A DNA stretch of 64,000 nucleotides from a bacterium (lineage in GTDB: Bacteria; UBA10199; 2-02-FULL-50-16; JAJFLM01). The notes beneath the pieces are model-generated. The model was given only the letters and a program-made list of their open reading frames with translations, was not told the DNA's origin and made no database searches. Position numbers and translations under genes: made by a program. Where the stretch lies: NCBI GenBank assembly GCA_965216315.1, contig CBDCFN010000016.1, positions 2,272,001 to 2,336,000 of the forward strand, in the 5' to 3' direction. Of this stretch, positions 19,458 to 30,717 are shown in pieces (the first letter of the stretch is position 1; each line of letters begins with the position of its first letter).

Positions 19458-19492
19458 TAAAAAAAGGGCCGGGCCCCGAAGAGCCCGACCCA
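19458..19492 (-). terminator. Rho-independent terminator
   Basis: Minus strand gggtcgggctc-ttcg-gggcccggccc-ttttttt. Confidence 0.85.
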
Positions 19493-19513
19493 GGTGTGTC
19501 TCATGCGTATGGG

Positions 19514-20026
19514 TTAGGTGTTCACAAAAGGATTAACTACCTTTGGCGCTTTCGACGTGGCTGGTTTGTATGGTCCGCCGCGATAGACGAACGGACTCTG
19601 ATTCGCCCTCTTGTCGAGCGCGTCGATCTCGTCCGTCGAAAGGCGATGTTCCGCACAATAGTCATGAATCTGATCGGATAGCTGCCAATAATTACTGCGA
19701 TTTCCGGCCTTAATCTGACTGGCCGCTTGCTTCATCATCCCTTCCGCTTCGGCTTTGTAGAGCGCATGATTTTCCGTGCGTTCCAACGCAACGTTTACGG
19801 CACGTAATTTAACCGTTTGTACGTAACTCTCCGGCAAAAAAGAACCGAGTTCTTCCGCCCGAACGGCCAAATGATCCAAAGCCGCGTCGACAGTGACAAG
19901 ACTTTCAAACTGGCCGGCCTCAACAAGCTCAACCACGCGCGTCATATCTTCATGTAAACGCAGTTCCTGGCGATTCATCTGATTATAATTAATATTCGGT
20001 AATTTGTGTGTTGCTCGTATAGACAT
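19514..20026 (-). CDS. Hypothetical alpha-helical protein
   Basis: GGGGGAG RBS before ATG 20026; promoter upstream and terminator downstream. Confidence 0.7.
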   Translation of the reverse strand: MSIRATHKLPNINYNQMNRQELRLHEDMTRVVELVEAGQFESLVTVDAALDHLAVRAEELGSFLPESYVQTVKLRAVNVALERTENHALYKAEAEGMMKQAASQIKAGNRSNYWQLSDQIHDYCAEHRLSTDEIDALDKRANQSPFVYRGGPYKPATSKAPKVVNPFVNT

Positions 20027-20079
20027 TGGTCTCCCCCAATACACTTTGAGTTAATATTTTAATTCTCCAATGTCGCTTA

Positions 20080-20197
20080 TTATCGGGAGATGCCATTGAA
20101 ACGTTTCGTCGGCGCCTAAATTAACGTGTACCATGGTCCACTAGAATACCTACCACTCGACAGATACAACACAACGCACACACAATCGAACCGATAA
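20080..20197. promoter_or_regulatory. Divergent sigma-28-like promoters sharing one GTGTAC-N4-GTCCAC box
   Basis: Minus: ttatcgg 20080-20086 and gttt 20103-20106; box 20126-20141; plus: caac 20172-20175 and ccgataa 20191-20197. Confidence 0.65.
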
Positions 20198-20220
20198 ACT
20201 ATTTGCATAAGGAGTTTGTC

Positions 20221-20745
20221 ATGAGCATTTATTCACTTCCTAAAACACAGGACGAACAAAAAAATATTCTGACAGAGTCGGCGTCAGAACAGGAAGAAGA
20301 CTATTCATTTACCATTGACGGCAACTTAATGGTCGACACGGGGGCCAATATAAGCACGGATAAGGCCACCGCTTCGATGACTTTTCAGCTGGGCGGCACT
20401 TTCTTTTGGCATCTCCACCCTGACATCTCGCCCGGCTTTTACGTCGGTGCCCGCTATCACTTAGTTCCGGAACGCGCCCATCGCGTCCACCGTGTCGGCC
20501 TCACTGCGAGTCCCGCGTTGATGATTCATCTAGCACGCACAACAATCATCGCCGAGGGCGGTCTACGCCCTCAATATAATCACACTGACGCGGCTTTTGA
20601 TCTCGGCGGCGGAGGTTCCATCAATATTGTATTTTCCGATTGGGGCGTGGGCGTTTTTGCGGAGCAACACGACATTCTCATGGATAGAATGCGCGATGGC
20701 GTGAGTCTTGGTATCCGCCTCTTTACTCATTTTATCCTGTACTAG
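20221..20745 (+). CDS. Hypothetical beta-strand-rich (outer-membrane barrel-like) protein with no signal peptide
   Basis: AGGAG RBS; alternating Gly/aromatic strands (PGFYVGARYH, WGVGVFAE, SLGIRLF). Confidence 0.65.
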   Translation: MSIYSLPKTQDEQKNILTESASEQEEDYSFTIDGNLMVDTGANISTDKATASMTFQLGGTFFWHLHPDISPGFYVGARYHLVPERAHRVHRVGLTASPALMIHLARTTIIAEGGLRPQYNHTDAAFDLGGGGSINIVFSDWGVGVFAEQHDILMDRMRDGVSLGIRLFTHFILY

Positions 20746-20791
20746 GTCCTATCTTGCTTCCAGCATTGATTTAGTTTAAAGCTTGGAGCCC

Positions 20792-21631
20792 ATGTCCACC
20801 GCGATTTCAATCAAGGGGCTCTACAAGAAGTATGGCAAGTTTGAGGCCTTGCGCAATGTGGAACTCGAAATCCCACAAGGCGAATTTTTCGGCCTGTTGG
20901 GTCCTAATGGGGCCGGTAAAACAACCCTCATCAAGACGATTGTTGGCCTCGCGAAAAAGAATGCCGGCTCGGTTGAAGTCTGCGGCCTGGATGTCACTCA
21001 ACACTATATCCGGACACGTGCCTTGATCGGCCTTTCTCCGCAAGAACCCAACGTCGACCGCTATTTTAAGGTCCGCAAATTGATGGAGTTTCAAGGCGGC
21101 TTTTATGGACAGTCACGAACGGAACGGCGGCACCGCACGGAAGAGTTGATTGAACAGTTCGGATTGACTGAAAAAATTAACACTCAATTCTGGCGGCTCT
21201 CCGGCGGCATGCAAAAGCGCGTCATGGTCGCGCGTTCGATGATGGCGTATCCTAAAATCCTCATCTTAGACGAGCCTACTTCGGGAGTGGATGTGGAACA
21301 ACGCTATGAACTTTGGGAACAGCTGCGTGGCCTTAATAAAGATGGGACAACGATTATCCTCACCACTCACTATATTGATGAAGCCGAACAACTCTGCGAA
21401 CGAGTCGGCATTATTGATCAAGGACAGATCATCGAAATAGGCCCTCCTCAAGAATTGATTCAACGGCACTGCCAACAATACTTCATCGTCAATGGCGAAC
21501 AGCATCAACAAATCAATGGACTGCAAGTCAATGACGTCCAAATTGAAAAAGGCAGCCTCGAAAAGGTCTTTTTGAAACTGACAGGTCATTCCATTCATCA
21601 AGATGAAGCTCGGGAGGACACGTCCGCATGA
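20792..21631 (+). CDS. ABC-2 type transporter ATP-binding protein
   Basis: GPNGAGKTT, LSGGM signature, ILILDEPT, TTHY. Confidence 0.95.
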   Translation: MSTAISIKGLYKKYGKFEALRNVELEIPQGEFFGLLGPNGAGKTTLIKTIVGLAKKNAGSVEVCGLDVTQHYIRTRALIGLSPQEPNVDRYFKVRKLMEFQGGFYGQSRTERRHRTEELIEQFGLTEKINTQFWRLSGGMQKRVMVARSMMAYPKILILDEPTSGVDVEQRYELWEQLRGLNKDGTTIILTTHYIDEAEQLCERVGIIDQGQIIEIGPPQELIQRHCQQYFIVNGEQHQQINGLQVNDVQIEKGSLEKVFLKLTGHSIHQDEAREDTSA

Positions 21632-22392
21632 AATCATGGAATGCAATCTCCACGCTGATCGAACGCGAGTTCTATCGTTTTTTCCGTCTTGCCGGCCAGA
21701 CTATTGCCCCACCGGTCATCATGACCATCTTATTTATTGTGATTTTCGGCTATTCACTCGGTAGTCGCATCCGTGAGATCTCGGGTTTTTCCTATATTAT
21801 CTATATCATTCCGGGGCTCGCGGGAATGGGCGTCATCAATAACGCCTATGCCAATTGCACCACGTCGCTTTTCATGGCGCGCAGTGACCGATCAATTGAA
21901 AACATCCTCGTCACTCCTATCAGCTATATACGTATCGTCTCTTCGATGGTCATGGGCGGCATGGCCCGCGGAATGATTGTCGGCGGCATCACCGTCGCGG
22001 TCGCCGTTCCTTTAACCGGACTCGAGATCGCATCAATCCCCGCCACGATAGGAGTGATGATCCTTGTCGCAATTTGCTTCGCGTCCTTTGGAGTCATCAA
22101 CGGACTCTGGGCTGAGAGTTGGGATCACGTCGCCACGGTAGCCAATTTCGTTATTACGCCGTTCATCTACCTTGGTGGTGTCTTTTATTCGATTTCCATG
22201 CTGCCGCCAACCTGGAGACAGGTCTCTGCCGGCAATCCACTTTACTACATGATTGACTCGATGCGCTGGGCCATCCTGGGCAGCAGTGATATCGATCCGT
22301 CAATCAGTATCAGCATCATCGCTGGGCTGGCCTTGATCACCTTTTCGACTGCTGTCTATCTATTTCGGCGCGGCTACAAACTCGTTGTCTAA
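21628..22392 (+). CDS. ABC-2 type transporter permease
   Basis: About six TM segments, TPFIYLGGVFYS and NPLYYMID motifs; ATGA overlap with the ATPase gene. Confidence 0.93.
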   Translation: MKSWNAISTLIEREFYRFFRLAGQTIAPPVIMTILFIVIFGYSLGSRIREISGFSYIIYIIPGLAGMGVINNAYANCTTSLFMARSDRSIENILVTPISYIRIVSSMVMGGMARGMIVGGITVAVAVPLTGLEIASIPATIGVMILVAICFASFGVINGLWAESWDHVATVANFVITPFIYLGGVFYSISMLPPTWRQVSAGNPLYYMIDSMRWAILGSSDIDPSISISIIAGLALITFSTAVYLFRRGYKLVV

Positions 22393-23183
22393 GAGCGTGC
22401 TATTTTAGCCTTTAAGATCTCTTTTTTGATAAGCGACCTAAACTCTTCGACTTTTTTAGCGATCTTTTGCTCACTCCCAAGGTCTTGCAAGGTCACTCGC
22501 TGCGGCGCTCCCCATCTCATCACTACTTTTGATGGAAACAGGAATGGTAGTTTCGGAATAATCATGAACGGCGTTTTCACCAACGGCTTTACGAGACTAT
22601 CGATAACAAATTTGTTTTGAATGAGCCAAATCTTAAGTGTTTTCTCCAAACCTGCATGCCCAATCGGAATGATCGATACTGACTCTTTACCTGTCTCCTT
22701 TAAATACTGCTTGGCAATCCTTAAGAAACCCGCATGAAAGGCCGCCACCGAGTGGCCGTTATTAAATGCTTTAACAAAATCCAATCCTTCCGGAAATAGT
22801 AAGATATGACGACGTTTCAGCGCTTGAACCCCTGTTGCAACTGAAAGCGGAACACATTGCCCTAACTGGAGATATTCTCTGAAAATAGGTATTTTGAAGG
22901 CCTCGCGCAACACCATCATATGAATCTTTCCAGCGCCTTGAGAGAAGACATGCTGACACACCAGCGGCGCCTCAAGGGTCAGAGCATGATTGAGAATGAA
23001 AATTACGTGCTCCTTTTTCGCCCGCACTATACCTTCCTCGACAGAACCTTCGTGCCGAACACGATAGTGTAAGTCATGAAGATACTTAAGCCAGGATTTC
23101 GCATGGAGCTCGTAGACAGAATCGCTGACAATGGAATCGTCATAATTGAAGGAAAAAACCTTTTTTAATAGTCGTGGCATCAT
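22389..23183 (-). CDS. Phospholipid/glycerol acyltransferase family protein
   Basis: NHALTLE (variant HxxxxD), LLFPEG, GFLRIA, IIPIG. Confidence 0.75.
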   Translation of the reverse strand: MMPRLLKKVFSFNYDDSIVSDSVYELHAKSWLKYLHDLHYRVRHEGSVEEGIVRAKKEHVIFILNHALTLEAPLVCQHVFSQGAGKIHMMVLREAFKIPIFREYLQLGQCVPLSVATGVQALKRRHILLFPEGLDFVKAFNNGHSVAAFHAGFLRIAKQYLKETGKESVSIIPIGHAGLEKTLKIWLIQNKFVIDSLVKPLVKTPFMIIPKLPFLFPSKVVMRWGAPQRVTLQDLGSEQKIAKKVEEFRSLIKKEILKAKIARS

Positions 23184-23209
23184 CGCAACTATTATGAATA
23201 TTAATTAAA

Positions 23210-23782
23210 TCAAACTGGTCTGTCTAATTTTTTATATGTTAGCTTTTTTTCGTCTGGAATCACGGGGATGAGTTCGATCGACATCGTCATCATCTCTTCA
23301 GGAACGACATCATCGTCGACTAAATTGAGAAGTTTACTCCGAAACTCTCGGATTATTTTTTTGAGTTGAGGCAAGTTATCTCTAATGATTCCAAAAGTAA
23401 TCTCACTTAAATCGCGTTTACCCTGATCGAGGCTGAGTGTTTGAAGGCGATGCACATTACGAATAGCCATCAGTTCTAGATAGTGTTCCTTAATTTCGTC
23501 AGGGCTCTCAGCCTGATTTAAGAAGACGAGATGCCGAAAATACTCCGCTTCGTCGTCTTCCAAGCGCAAACCTCGAATAAATTTTCTTAAACTTTTTAGT
23601 GTTAGGTTGCGGTCGCCATCCATAACGAGCTTGAGGATATTAGAAGAACCAAACCCGGCATGTTGTGAAAAGATACGGAGAGAAAATCCGTAGGTCAGGC
23701 GCTTGGCACTCTCATACCAGTCCTTGAGAAAAGTCCTATAATCGAGATAATCATAGACACAGATGTCGGATACAATATTCAT
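23210..23782 (-). CDS. TIGR02147-like regulator, copy 4, with internal deletion
   Basis: N-terminal HTH region and C-terminal RDLS.ITFG region present; central WYH..YH block missing; promoter motif at 23817-23842 favours ATG 23782. Confidence 0.8.
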   Translation of the reverse strand: MNIVSDICVYDYLDYRTFLKDWYESAKRLTYGFSLRIFSQHAGFGSSNILKLVMDGDRNLTLKSLRKFIRGLRLEDDEAEYFRHLVFLNQAESPDEIKEHYLELMAIRNVHRLQTLSLDQGKRDLSEITFGIIRDNLPQLKKIIREFRSKLLNLVDDDVVPEEMMTMSIELIPVIPDEKKLTYKKLDRPV

Positions 23783-23995
23783 GCTAAACCTGTATCCGCT
23801 TTGATGCCCACTTTCCTTATCGGTCAAAGCCAAATTTTGTTTTCAACTATTTTTAATTTTTTGAAAAAACTCTTAATTTCAGCGACTTATAATGACTACG
23901 AGGCAGGCGGAACGGACCGCAGCCTCTCGGTCCGCCCGCCAGCAGTGCTATCGCACCGGTCATACCCTCGCGATAGGTGGAGTCATTTTCATCGA

Positions 23996-24448
23996 TTAGG
24001 GTGCCCGCAGGAATTCAAACGAAAGGCTCACCCCAAGCGTGACAGCCCACGAGTCAAGCTCCGTAACATCCATAAAGCCGGCTTTCAGATAAATCGGTAT
24101 TTCGACAGATGGCAGGATTCCAAACGCGCCCGCGGCAGCGCCGACTTGAGTTTTATCGGCATTAAGATCGCGAAGTACCTCAGCTTCAACTCCAGCCCAG
24201 ACCCCAAAAAAGACGGGGCCCATAACGTTGGCACTGCCACCCACGCGTTTACTGTCCGCACTCATATAACTGCTGACACCAATGCCCAGGCTCATGCCGG
24301 TGGTATCCGTGGCCTGCAGGTTTAGGGCCGCGTTCCCCCCCACCTGATGACCATTCTCGGTCGGTACCGCCGCTCCGCCAACGCGCCAAAGATCATGCAG
24401 TCTCAATTCCTCTCCAAATAATTTGATCGTCTTTCCTGGTCCACCCAT
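23996..24448 (-). CDS. Hypothetical beta-strand-rich protein with no signal peptide
   Basis: GGAGGA RBS before ATG 24448; amphipathic strands ending AVTLGVSLSFEF. Confidence 0.65.
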   Translation of the reverse strand: MGGPGKTIKLFGEELRLHDLWRVGGAAVPTENGHQVGGNAALNLQATDTTGMSLGIGVSSYMSADSKRVGGSANVMGPVFFGVWAGVEAEVLRDLNADKTQVGAAAGAFGILPSVEIPIYLKAGFMDVTELDSWAVTLGVSLSFEFLRAP

Positions 24449-24752
24449 AATTATTCCTCCTTCGCCCCAATAAGCTAAGAGAAATTTCGGCACGTGAGTG
24501 GAAATGTTTCTCGTCAATTCAAACGAAACGTTAATCTTTGCATTCGTTTGGATGCGATTAGGACGGGACACCGCACGGGGATAACGATGCCCCGCCGTTG
24601 CGTTCGGCTAACGACGTGCACGCACCTCAACCGAGTCACGTACACTCCCCGGTCACCAGCTGTATGCACTCATTACAGTATTAAGATTTTGAATGGGAGC
24701 AAAGAAAAGAAACAAACGCGCAATTCTTTTTGCATTCATTTGTATGCAGCGA

Positions 24753-25199
24753 CTATGGAGTAACTGATTTGCGATTCTGAAACCAACCAATTCCCGCACC
24801 GAGTAAAGCGGCGATGGGCGCCGTCAACCAACCGAACAACAAGAGACTCCAAAAAGTAAAAGCAAGACTCCCATAGAGCCCATCGATCGGACCAATTGGG
24901 GGCTCATTGAGTGAAGAACGTGAGTCAATGATGTTTAAATAAAGTATATGAATATACCAAGTCACTGGATGCGACGCGATGCCGACGATCAATCCGATTA
25001 AGGCCCCGCGCTTGCCGTTGACAAAAGACCATTTCTTAATAACCAAGTACCAGAGTCCCAATGAGACGAGAAAGGCAGCCAGGCCCGCGGACCCAGTCAG
25101 TTGCATCCAACCCCCACCTTCCGCGGAAGCCAACACCAACATGGCGACAAAGGCACCCGTTAGTCCGAAAACCAATGCCGCCTTGACAGAACGAATCAT
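24753..25199 (-). CDS. Hypothetical integral membrane protein
   Basis: Four hydrophobic segments. Confidence 0.7.
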   Translation of the reverse strand: MIRSVKAALVFGLTGAFVAMLVLASAEGGGWMQLTGSAGLAAFLVSLGLWYLVIKKWSFVNGKRGALIGLIVGIASHPVTWYIHILYLNIIDSRSSLNEPPIGPIDGLYGSLAFTFWSLLLFGWLTAPIAALLGAGIGWFQNRKSVTP

Positions 25200-25320
25200 A
25201 TTCGAAGTCTAACTGATATCGACGAATCGTTCTACTACTCACACACTTACATTTACGACGTTTTGAGCTGTAATTATAACTGATGACAAGAAGCGTGCGG
25301 CTTAGTAAAGGAGTATGTCG

Positions 25321-27375
25321 ATGTCGGAACCTAAACACACGAATCGTCTCGCCCAAGAAAAAAGCCCGTATCTCCTCCAACACGCCCACAATCCGGTCGA
25401 CTGGTATCCCTGGGGCCCGGAAGCGTTTGAGAAAGCCAAGGCCGAAGACAAAGCGATTTTTCTCTCCATCGGTTACGCGACCTGCCATTGGTGTCACGTG
25501 ATGGAACGCGAGTCCTTCGAAAATGAAGAAATCGCTAAGATCATGAACGAACACTTTATCAATATTAAAGTCGACCGCGAGGAGCGCCCCGATGTCGATC
25601 AGATTTATATGACCGCAGTCCAGGCCATGACCGGCGGCGGGGGCTGGCCCCTCTCAGCCTTCTTAACACCCGAACGCACCCCTTTTTACGGCGGAACTTA
25701 TTTTCCGCCTGATCGCCGTTATGGACGCCCGGGCTTTCCCGAAATACTCGAAGAAATTGCGCGCGTCTGGCGCGAAGAACGCGATCGTGTCATCGGCACC
25801 AGCAAACAATTAACGGAGGTCATTGAACAAAACCTCACGAATCAACCGGGTGAACTTCTCGATGAAGCGGTCCTCAAGAAATTTTATCAACACACCTCCC
25901 ATAGCTTTGATGCCGAATATGGCGGCTTCGGCCCTGCACCGAAGTTTCCGCGGAGCGAGCAGATCTCGATCTTACTTCGGATCCATCGGAGAACCGGTGA
26001 AAAACGGGCTCTCGAAATGGCGACACGCACGCTGGATGCCATGGCGCGGGGAGGAATCTATGATCACTTGGGAGGCGGCTTTGCGCGTTATGCAACGGAC
26101 CAGCGCTGGTTGATTCCGCACTTTGAGAAAATGCTCTACGACAATGCCCTGCTCACGCGTTCTTATCTCGAGGCCTACCAGGTCACCCATAACGAAGACT
26201 GGGCGAGTATCGCTAAAGAAACTTTGGATTACGTCTTGCGCGACATGACGGCAGAGTCCGGCGGCTTCTTTTCCGCGGAAGACGCGGATAGCGAAGATGA
26301 AGAAGGAAAATTTTATACCTGGTCCGAACCGGAACTAAAAACCGTTCTCACGGAGGCCGAATTAAAGGAGTTCAAGCAGCTGTTTCCCCTCAGCCTTGCC
26401 AGCATACTCGATGGCAAGTTTGTCCTGCACCTGGACCCAAAAGCCCCCTGGCAAGAACGCTATACACAAGGCAATAAAGGGATTCTGCAAAAACTCTTTG
26501 AGCAGCGTGCGCGGCGAATACGCCCGCTACTGGACGACAAAATCCTTGCCTCCTGGAATGGGCTGATGATCAGTGCCATGGCGCAAGCGGCCGGCATTCT
26601 GCAAGAAGTGCGCTACTTGGCAGCGGCTCAAAATGCGATGCATTTTATCATCGACAACTTTTGGGATGGCGAGATCTTGAAGCGACGCTATCGTGCCGGT
26701 GAGGTGCGTTACAATGGTTCCCTCGACGATTATGCCTGCATCATCGCGGCCCTGCTCGACCTCTACGCAGCGGATTTTGACTCCCAATGGTTTACCCTCG
26801 CGGTTAATCTACAAAAAAGTGTGGATCGCTTATTTTGGGACGCGTCTGCAAGCGGCTACTACTACACGGATGCAACGGACAATTCACTGATCACTCGCAC
26901 CAAGGAACTCTACGATGGTGCCATGCCTTCGGGAAACTCCATCACGGCAATGAATCTCATCCGGCTTTACCATTACACCCTAGATGAAAGGTATCTGCAA
27001 CGTTTTCACGAAGTCATTCGTGCCGTTTCGGGGCGTCTCAAAGACAATCCCCTCATTGCCCCGGCGTTACTACTCGCCATCGACTTTGCAACAGATGAGC
27101 CGGCCGAAATCGTCATTGCCGGGATGAAGGATGATCCCTGCGTCCAAGAAACACTCAACGATCTCGCGCAGAGTTTTTTACCGAATAAAGTCGTTGCCCT
27201 TGCCGACAGTATGGATCCAGAGCGCCTCCAACAAATGCCACTTATCGAAGGCAAGGTGCCTCAGAACAATAGGGCCACCATCTATATCTGTAAAAACCAT
27301 AGCTGTCAGAAACCGGTACACGAATGGCCCAAAGCCAAGAAATCCTTAACTCCCAGTAAATACGATATTTCTTAG
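25321..27375 (+). CDS. Thioredoxin-domain protein, YyaL/SSP411 (DUF255) family
   Basis: [60 protein letters not shown]. Confidence 0.95.
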   Translation: MSEPKHTNRLAQEKSPYLLQHAHNPVDWYPWGPEAFEKAKAEDKAIFLSIGYATCHWCHVMERESFENEEIAKIMNEHFINIKVDREERPDVDQIYMTAVQAMTGGGGWPLSAFLTPERTPFYGGTYFPPDRRYGRPGFPEILEEIARVWREERDRVIGTSKQLTEVIEQNLTNQPGELLDEAVLKKFYQHTSHSFDAEYGGFGPAPKFPRSEQISILLRIHRRTGEKRALEMATRTLDAMARGGIYDHLGGGFARYATDQRWLIPHFEKMLYDNALLTRSYLEAYQVTHNEDWASIAKETLDYVLRDMTAESGGFFSAEDADSEDEEGKFYTWSEPELKTVLTEAELKEFKQLFPLSLASILDGKFVLHLDPKAPWQERYTQGNKGILQKLFEQRARRIRPLLDDKILASWNGLMISAMAQAAGILQEVRYLAAAQNAMHFIIDNFWDGEILKRRYRAGEVRYNGSLDDYACIIAALLDLYAADFDSQWFTLAVNLQKSVDRLFWDASASGYYYTDATDNSLITRTKELYDGAMPSGNSITAMNLIRLYHYTLDERYLQRFHEVIRAVSGRLKDNPLIAPALLLAIDFATDEPAEIVIAGMKDDPCVQETLNDLAQSFLPNKVVALADSMDPERLQQMPLIEGKVPQNNRATIYICKNHSCQKPVHEWPKAKKSLTPSKYDIS

Positions 27376-27396
27376 CTCTCACCTTTAAGATTTCAT

Positions 27397-27459
27397 GTGG
27401 ACCTAGGTACACTGAGAATTATTTCAGGTACACAACAACGCCTCCACTCAAACCGATAA
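27397..27459 (+). promoter_or_regulatory. GTGGAC-N4-GTACAC box plus sigma-28-like promoter (CAAC-N16-CCGATAA)
   Basis: Box 27397-27412; caac 27433-27436; ccgataa 27453-27459. Confidence 0.65.
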
Positions 27460-27525
27460 AACCCAACGTAGTCATTTATAAAAACTAACAGAGAGTCATC
27501 AAATACTCATCGTTAAGGAGATCTC

Positions 27526-27939
27526 ATGAAACCGCGTATCGTATCTAAAGAACAGTTTAATAATATGACCAGCAAAGAGGTCTGCGGTGACGCCTGGACC
27601 GGACCTCAAGTCGAAGACAAAGGCAAAATAGGCACGCTTGAGCTGACGGACGGTCAGGTTGTTCATCCTATTTGTGGCATGCAAACCTCACCTGCCGGAC
27701 CCGACGGCGAGCTGATCAGCATTGACCGTACTTGGTACGATGGAAACAGCGGACATTTATCTAATGTTCGTTGGTACTTTAGCGCTAACCCTACTTACAA
27801 TTCCTTTTCGAATGAATCGCCGCTGACGCGTTTAAAAGATGTCCTTCAAGCCAATCCGAACATCACTAATGTGTCTTCGAACCTGTGGAAATACATTACA
27901 CAGCAGGAGATCATCTGGAACAACATGTCCGAATGTTAA
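27526..27939 (+). CDS. Hypothetical protein
   Basis: AAGGAG RBS; upstream promoter motif. Confidence 0.7.
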   Translation: MKPRIVSKEQFNNMTSKEVCGDAWTGPQVEDKGKIGTLELTDGQVVHPICGMQTSPAGPDGELISIDRTWYDGNSGHLSNVRWYFSANPTYNSFSNESPLTRLKDVLQANPNITNVSSNLWKYITQQEIIWNNMSEC

Positions 27940-27953
27940 AGAGAGGATCCACG

Positions 27954-28262
27954 TCACGACTCTGGTCTGTCATCGCGCTTTTGCCATTCGCTAAAGGCCT
28001 GAGGATTCGTTGCTAAATCAAGAGCCGATATCTTCTTTGAGTGCCCCCGTGTAGCTTTAGCGTAGCCCATCACAAAACCGATAAGCCCTATCGGCACCGC
28101 GGCTATACCGCCCCAAACAACGGGCATGACGCACAGACCTGCAACATACGATGTCCCCGAATCGGCAGCACAAACAATCACACTAAAGAGCGCACCGAGC
28201 GCCACACAAATTCCTGCGGCACCGAAACCCCAAACTATGGCCCTTAAAAAGCGTTGTTTCAT
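27954..28262 (-). CDS. Small hypothetical membrane protein
   Basis: Two hydrophobic segments. Confidence 0.55.
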   Translation of the reverse strand: MKQRFLRAIVWGFGAAGICVALGALFSVIVCAADSGTSYVAGLCVMPVVWGGIAAVPIGLIGFVMGYAKATRGHSKKISALDLATNPQAFSEWQKRDDRPES

Positions 28263-28443
28263 TATCGCGTAAATCTACTCCGGCCCGTCATTTTATTCCA
28301 GTTTCCTTACACCTCAGGCATTCGCGTTACTCGAATGTACTACTATCCAGTCGAATTGATCCTTAAAAAATAAGGACTGAGACTTGTCACATAAGCAACA
28401 ATTACTTCTTGTCGTGAGTTTATTCCTTATATAGAGTCCCCCA

Positions 28444-30696
28444 ATGCTGCGTCGTCTGACCCCGGCCATAGTTATCGCATTGATCATTGGAGCGGTCTAT
28501 CTGCTGTATCTCCACCATCAAATCATCTCCAAGTTTGAGTACCATCGGTGGAATTTGCCCTCACGGGTCTATTCGGATGCTTTCCCACTCTATCCGGGAC
28601 GGCAGGTCCCGGCCTCGGCCATCCATCAGCGACTCCGCCATTTAGGTTATATTTCCGTCGGCTCGCAACCACGTCACCACGGCCAGTACCATTACGCCGG
28701 TGGGCAGTTTGCAATTTATCTCCACAGCTTCGACTACCCCGAAGACAAGTTTGAAGGATATCCCATCTCATTCAGCGTTGGCGATGGTGTCGTTCAAGAC
28801 CTGATCCGACGGGATACCGGCGAGCCACTCTCCCTGACCCGACTCGAACCGGAGTTGGTTGCCTCGATCTTTGACCAGGAGATGGAAGACCGAACCGTCG
28901 TCAAACTCGAACAAGTCCCGGATGACCTGATTGAATCCATTATCGCGATCGAAGACGAACGCTACTATTCGCACTTTGGGGTGGATCCCATCGGCATTGC
29001 CCGCGCCTTTGTCTCCAATATCACTAAGGGCGGTATTGTTCAGGGCGGTTCAACCCTGACCCAACAACTCGTAAAGAATATTTTTCTTTATCCAAAAAAA
29101 TCCTTCGTCCGTAAATTCAACGAAATGATCATGGCCCTGATGATGGAGATTCGCTACAGCAAAGATGAAATCCTGCAGGCCTATCTCAACGAAATTTACC
29201 TAGGACAACAGGGGGCGGCCAGCATCTCCGGCGTTGCCGAAGCGTCACGCTACTATTTCTCCAAAGAGGTCAGTCAGCTCAGCGTGGCCGAATGTGCCCT
29301 GCTTGCCGGCATGATCCGCTCTCCCGGCTATTACTCGCCCTTCAATAATCCGAAACGGGCACGCGACCGCCGCAACTTCGTTTTAAAACGCCTCCATGAT
29401 AAGAAACTGATCCTCGCCCAAGAGTACAAACAGGCGCGTCAAGTGCCGTTGCCCAAGAAACGTAAGCGCGACAAGCTAAGTAATGCCCCTTTCTTTGTCG
29501 ATTTTGTCCAAAAACAGCTCAAAGAAAATTTTCCGGCCGACAAACTTCGTTCGGAAGGCCTGAGAATCTTCACAACCTTAGACATGAGCATGCAGCGAGC
29601 GGCGGAAAAGTCGGTCTCTGATTGGCTCAACCGCCTGGAAAAAGATTATGCCTATCTCAAAAAGAAAGCCAAAGAAGGGAAGCACTTGGAATCCGCGCTC
29701 ATCGCCGTGCAACCACAAACAGGCTATGTCAGGGCCTATGTCGGCGGCCGTGACTACACCAAAGTGCAATTCGACCACATCAGTGATGCGCGCCGCCAAC
29801 CCGGCTCCGCCTTCAAACCCTTTGTCTTCCTCACGGCCTTAGATCCGTCACGCCGGGATCCACCCTTCACCTTATCTTCTCTCATTGACGATGATCCGTT
29901 TCATGTGAAGGCGGGCGGCAAGCGTTGGTCACCGAAGAACTATGACAAAAAAAACCACGGCAAAGTCCGCCTCCGGACGGCACTCGAAAAAAGTCTCAAC
30001 GTTGCCACTTCGCGATTAGCCTTAGAGGTCGGACTGGAACACGTGGTCTACACGGCACGTGAAGCGGGCATCACCAGCAAACTGGAAGCCTATCCGTCGC
30101 TCGCGTTGGGTTCCTTTGAAGTCACTCCTTTGGAACTCGTTGCCGCCTACACAATCTTTCCGAATCAGGGAGTCCGCACCCGCCCCGTCGCCATCCGCCA
30201 GGTTGTCACTAAGGAGGGCGAGGTCTTGGAGAAGAAAGACTTTCAGATGAAGCGGATTTTTTCGGAAGACGTTATCTATTTAATGAACCGATTGCTCGCC
30301 GGCGTCGTCGATCGAGGCACGGCGACACGCGCACGCAGCATGGGTCTTACCGGCATTGCGGCAGGCAAAACGGGAACGACGACGGACTATCGAGACGCCT
30401 GGTTTGTGGGCTATACACCGGACTTGCTGGCCCTCTCCTGGGTTGGCTATGATGATAATGCCAAGACCCAACGTTCCGGCTCTAGCGGCGCCCTGCCTAT
30501 TTGGACCAATTTCATGAAGCAGGCGACAAGGGGCCGTCAGTACAAAGATTTTATCGCGACTCCGAAGATAATCGTCGTTGATGTTGACAAACAGACCGGG
30601 CTCTTGTCCAAAAGAAGCTGTGGACCAAGTTATGAAGAGTATTTCATCGAAAAGACCGAACCGACGCGCTTCTGCGACGAGCCGGACCTCCCCTAA
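28444..30696 (+). CDS. mrcB: Penicillin-binding protein 1B (class A PBP)
   Basis: N-terminal TM, UB2H-like region, EDERYY.HFGVD and GGSTLTQQLVKN (glycosyltransferase), SAFK, SLN, KTG (transpeptidase). Confidence 0.93.
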   Translation: MLRRLTPAIVIALIIGAVYLLYLHHQIISKFEYHRWNLPSRVYSDAFPLYPGRQVPASAIHQRLRHLGYISVGSQPRHHGQYHYAGGQFAIYLHSFDYPEDKFEGYPISFSVGDGVVQDLIRRDTGEPLSLTRLEPELVASIFDQEMEDRTVVKLEQVPDDLIESIIAIEDERYYSHFGVDPIGIARAFVSNITKGGIVQGGSTLTQQLVKNIFLYPKKSFVRKFNEMIMALMMEIRYSKDEILQAYLNEIYLGQQGAASISGVAEASRYYFSKEVSQLSVAECALLAGMIRSPGYYSPFNNPKRARDRRNFVLKRLHDKKLILAQEYKQARQVPLPKKRKRDKLSNAPFFVDFVQKQLKENFPADKLRSEGLRIFTTLDMSMQRAAEKSVSDWLNRLEKDYAYLKKKAKEGKHLESALIAVQPQTGYVRAYVGGRDYTKVQFDHISDARRQPGSAFKPFVFLTALDPSRRDPPFTLSSLIDDDPFHVKAGGKRWSPKNYDKKNHGKVRLRTALEKSLNVATSRLALEVGLEHVVYTAREAGITSKLEAYPSLALGSFEVTPLELVAAYTIFPNQGVRTRPVAIRQVVTKEGEVLEKKDFQMKRIFSEDVIYLMNRLLAGVVDRGTATRARSMGLTGIAAGKTGTTTDYRDAWFVGYTPDLLALSWVGYDDNAKTQRSGSSGALPIWTNFMKQATRGRQYKDFIATPKIIVVDVDKQTGLLSKRSCGPSYEEYFIEKTEPTRFCDEPDLP

Positions 30697-30717
30697 CCCC
30701 TCCTTGGTAAGGAGGGG
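30687..30717. repeat. Short palindromic repeat overlapping the mrcB stop and the next gene start
   Basis: cctcccctaa-cccctcctt-ggt-aaggagggg. Confidence 0.55.
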
